Notes under the pieces: generated by a model
The model's input: only the letters and a program-made list of their open reading frames with translations
Database searches by the model: none
What the model was told of the DNA's origin: nothing
Shown here: positions 61,441 through 64,000 of the stretch, one piece after another
How the letters are laid out: the number at the start of each line of letters is the position of its first letter
Position numbering within the stretch: the first letter of the stretch is position 1
Source: Halarcobacter sp.
GTDB taxonomy: Bacteria; Campylobacterota; Campylobacteria; Campylobacterales; Arcobacteraceae
NCBI GenBank assembly: GCA_048571215.1
Contig: CP182352.1
Span: 1-64,000 of the forward strand
DNA length: 64,000 nt
Direction of reading: 5' to 3'
Translations under genes and position numbers: made by a program

Positions 61441-62400
61441 ATGAAAAAATTGATTTTATCTGGAGTTCTAATTTCAAGTGCACTTTTTGCCGATACAATT
61501 TATGTATCAAATGAAAAGGACAATACAGTAAGTGTAATTGACTCTAAAACAAATAGTGTTGTAAATACTATAGAGGTTGGTCAAAGACCAAGGGGTATAT
61601 TATTATCAAATGATTATTCAAAACTTTATATTTGTGCAAGTGATGATGACACTGTCCAAGTTATGGATACAAAAACAAATAAAATTTTATATAATCTACC
61701 ATCAGGAGAAGATCCAGAACAATTTGCATTAACTCCAGATAATAAAGAGCTTTATATCTCAAATGAGGATGATGCAATTGTAACAGTTGTTGATACTGAA
61801 AAGAGAACTGTTTTAGCACAAATTGATGTTGGAGTTGAGCCTGAAGGGATGGCAGTAAGTCCAGATGGTAGTGTTGCAATAAATACAACTGAAACTTCAA
61901 ACTTTTTACACTGGATAGATACAAAAACAAAAAAAATCATCCACAATACTTTAGTAGATCAAAGACCAAGACATATTGAGTTTTCCAAAAATGGGGATAT
62001 GGTTTGGGCATCAAGTGAGATTGGTGGAACAGTTATGGTTGTAGATGCAAAAACTAAAAAATCTGTTGCTAAGATAGGTTTTAAAATACCTGGTATATTT
62101 AAAGATTTGATTCAGCCAGTTGGAATAAAACTAACAAGTGATGGAAAATATGCTTTTATAGCACTTGGACCTGCTAATCATGTTGCGGTTGTTGATGCCA
62201 AAACATATAAAGTAATCAAATATTTACTTGTAGGAAAAAGAGTTTGGCAATTAGCTTTTGTAAATGGGGAGGATAAACTTTACACAACAAATGGAGTTAG
62301 TGGGGATGTATCTATTATAGATGTGCCTTCATTAAAAGTTGAAAAAAGTGTAAAAGTTGGAAGATACCCTTGGGGACTTGCTGTAATACCAAGTAAATAG
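61441..62400 (+). CDS. PQQ-dependent catabolism-associated YVTN beta-propeller protein
   Basis: Signal peptide, YVSNEKDNTVSVID, VGQRPRGI, LPSGEDPEQF, VGVEPEGM, VGRYPWG repeats. Confidence 0.9.
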   Translation: MKKLILSGVLISSALFADTIYVSNEKDNTVSVIDSKTNSVVNTIEVGQRPRGILLSNDYSKLYICASDDDTVQVMDTKTNKILYNLPSGEDPEQFALTPDNKELYISNEDDAIVTVVDTEKRTVLAQIDVGVEPEGMAVSPDGSVAINTTETSNFLHWIDTKTKKIIHNTLVDQRPRHIEFSKNGDMVWASSEIGGTVMVVDAKTKKSVAKIGFKIPGIFKDLIQPVGIKLTSDGKYAFIALGPANHVAVVDAKTYKVIKYLLVGKRVWQLAFVNGEDKLYTTNGVSGDVSIIDVPSLKVEKSVKVGRYPWGLAVIPSK

Positions 62401-62402
62401 TT

Positions 62403-63125
62403 ATGAAAGAAAATATCTTAGAGTTTAAAAATGTAAATTTTTCATATGGTAAAAAAGAGGTTTTGAAAAATGTATCTTTTAATATTAAAGAGGGTAGCTT
62501 TTTTGTTCTTCTTGGATTGAATGGTGCTGGTAAATCAACGATTTTTTCCCTTATTACAAGACTTCTAAAATTGGAAGAGGGAGAGATTAATATCAATTCA
62601 AATCCGATAAAAAACTACTCAAAAGCTTTAAAAGATATTGGAATAGTTTTTCAAGAGCCAACCTTGGATTTGGATTTAAGTGTTAAGCAAAATCTTTATT
62701 ATTATGGGGCATTAAAAGGGCTTAGTTTTAAAAAAACTATGGAAAGTGTAAAAGATGAAATAGAAAAACTTGAACTTCAAAACCATTTAGATATCCCTGC
62801 AAGAAAGTTAAATGGTGGTCATAGAAGAAGGGTTGAAATTTTAAGAGCTTTGATAGATAAACCTAAATTACTACTTCTTGATGAAGCAACAGTTGGTTTA
62901 GATTTAAAAAGTAGATTTGATATATTGAAATATGTAAAAAGTTTGGTTAAAACTCAAAATATATCAGTGTTATGGATTACTCATCTTTTTGATGAGGTTG
63001 ATGAAGAGGATTTTGTAGCTTTGATAAAAACGGGAGAGATAATTGAACAAACTACAGTAAGTGAACTTTTATCAAAACATAAACAAGAGAATTTAGTTGA
63101 TACTTTCAACTATCTAACAAGGTAG
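62403..63125 (+). CDS. ABC ATP-binding protein of the PQQ-ADH-associated system (PedB-like)
   Basis: GLNGAGKST, FQEPTLDLDLSV, LNGGHRRRVE, LLDEATVGLD. Confidence 0.9.
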   Translation: MKENILEFKNVNFSYGKKEVLKNVSFNIKEGSFFVLLGLNGAGKSTIFSLITRLLKLEEGEININSNPIKNYSKALKDIGIVFQEPTLDLDLSVKQNLYYYGALKGLSFKKTMESVKDEIEKLELQNHLDIPARKLNGGHRRRVEILRALIDKPKLLLLDEATVGLDLKSRFDILKYVKSLVKTQNISVLWITHLFDEVDEEDFVALIKTGEIIEQTTVSELLSKHKQENLVDTFNYLTR

Positions 63126-63128
63126 ATT

Positions 63129-63911
63129 ATGAATATATATTTAAATTGTCTAAAAGGGATAATATACAAAGAATTAATAAGATTTTTAAAACAAAAAAGT
63201 AGATTCTTTTCAGCACTTGTAAGACCTTTGCTTTGGTTATTTATTTTTTCAGTAGGATTTAAAACTGCTTTAGGTTTAGCAATAATTCCTCCATATGAAA
63301 CCTATATCACTTATGAAACATATATAGTTCCAGGTCTTGTGGGGATGGTTTTGCTTTTTAATGGGATGCAAAGTTCTTTAACTATGATATTTGATAGAGA
63401 GATGGGAAGTATGAAAATACTTTTAGCATCTTATATAAATAGAAATTATCTTTTATTTTGTAAAATGTTTGCAACCTCTCTTGTCTCAACTATGCAGGCA
63501 CTAACTTTTTTAGTGATTGCAAAACTTTATGGAATTGATATCTCCATTATTGCTATTATTGCTACTATTCCAGTGATAATAATCTCTTCAATTGTTTTAA
63601 ATGCTTTTGCACTTTTTATCTCTTCTGTTATAAGACAGTTAGAAAACTTTGCAACAGTTATGAATTTTGTAATTTTTCCTATGTTTTTCTTAAGTTCAGC
63701 ACTTTATCCCCTTTGGAAAATAAAAGATTCTTCACTTATTTTATTTAACATCTCATCATCTAATCCTTTTACTTATATTGTAGAAGCTATTAGGTTCAGT
63801 TTGTATTTAAAAGTAGATGAAAAAAGCTTTATAATAGTTGGTATTTCCTTGGTTATAACCCTAGTTATGGCATTTTTAGGATTTAAATCTAAAAAAGTTA
63901 ATAATGGCTAA
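63129..63911 (+). CDS. ABC-2 type permease of the PQQ-ADH-associated system (PedC-like)
   Basis: SALVRPLLWL, PPYETYITYETYIVPGL, NGMQSSL, DREMGSM, QLENFA, SSALYPLWK. Confidence 0.9.
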   Translation: MNIYLNCLKGIIYKELIRFLKQKSRFFSALVRPLLWLFIFSVGFKTALGLAIIPPYETYITYETYIVPGLVGMVLLFNGMQSSLTMIFDREMGSMKILLASYINRNYLLFCKMFATSLVSTMQALTFLVIAKLYGIDISIIAIIATIPVIIISSIVLNAFALFISSVIRQLENFATVMNFVIFPMFFLSSALYPLWKIKDSSLILFNISSSNPFTYIVEAIRFSLYLKVDEKSFIIVGISLVITLVMAFLGFKSKKVNNG

Positions 63912-63924
63912 ACTGAGGCTATAA
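63907..63924 (+). promoter_or_regulatory. Direct-repeat box 6 (promoter of the gene leaving the window)
   Basis: GCTAAAC-TGAG-GCTATAA, identical to box 5, overlapping the permease stop; then 8 nt, then TATACT. Confidence 0.85.
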
Positions 63925-63988
63925 ACCTCATGTATACTTTCGCTAAGACAAATTTTTAGTTTGTTATGAAATTAATTAAGGAGAAAAA

Positions 63989-64000
63989 ATGCTAAGCAAA
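63989..64000 (+). CDS. Start of a gene running off the window (MLSK...), product not determinable
   Basis: AAGGAG at 63978-63983, then ATG CTA AGC AAA; own promoter box upstream. Confidence 0.6.

Noticed and set aside
55382..63924. The 18-bp repeats as CRISPR repeats or IS ends
   Set aside because: They are dispersed over kilobases, have no regular spacers, no cas or transposase gene is present, and they sit at a fixed distance from -10 boxes.

Overview
AT-rich chromosomal window from a Campylobacterota bacterium, most likely Arcobacteraceae (inferred from gene content and synteny: NavAb-type sodium channel, futalosine-pathway mqnE, HP0268-miaB-nusA neighbourhood, class II DAHP synthase). 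Positions 1-52.3 kb are mostly housekeeping: end of a flagellar operon (flgK-fliD-fliS), tRNA/ribosome modification genes, amino acid, cofactor and cell-wall genes, an MCP, antiporters, an Fe3+ ABC transporter, rpsF-ssb-rpsR, an orphan Cys-type FdhF-like molybdoenzyme and pepA. From 52.4 kb to the end lies an accessory cluster for quinoprotein (PQQ-type) alcohol oxidation: PedF cytochrome c550, SoxYZ-like carrier with an MBL hydrolase, two ABC systems, a YVTN beta-propeller and a porin. The dehydrogenase itself is not visible. The strongest unexplained signal is an 18-bp 7-4-7 direct-repeat box (GCTAWAH-N4-GCTATAW) present six times, each copy exactly 8 nt upstream of a TAnnnT -10 hexamer, one per apparent transcription unit of this cluster. 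Other notable items: a putative fused PilM-PilN-PilO flagellar cage protein, a candidate ~90-nt sRNA, a 24-bp GC-rich in-frame insertion in pepA, and three candidate leaderless mRNAs. No rRNA, tRNA, CRISPR array or transposase was recognised. All assignments are by eye, without database searches.
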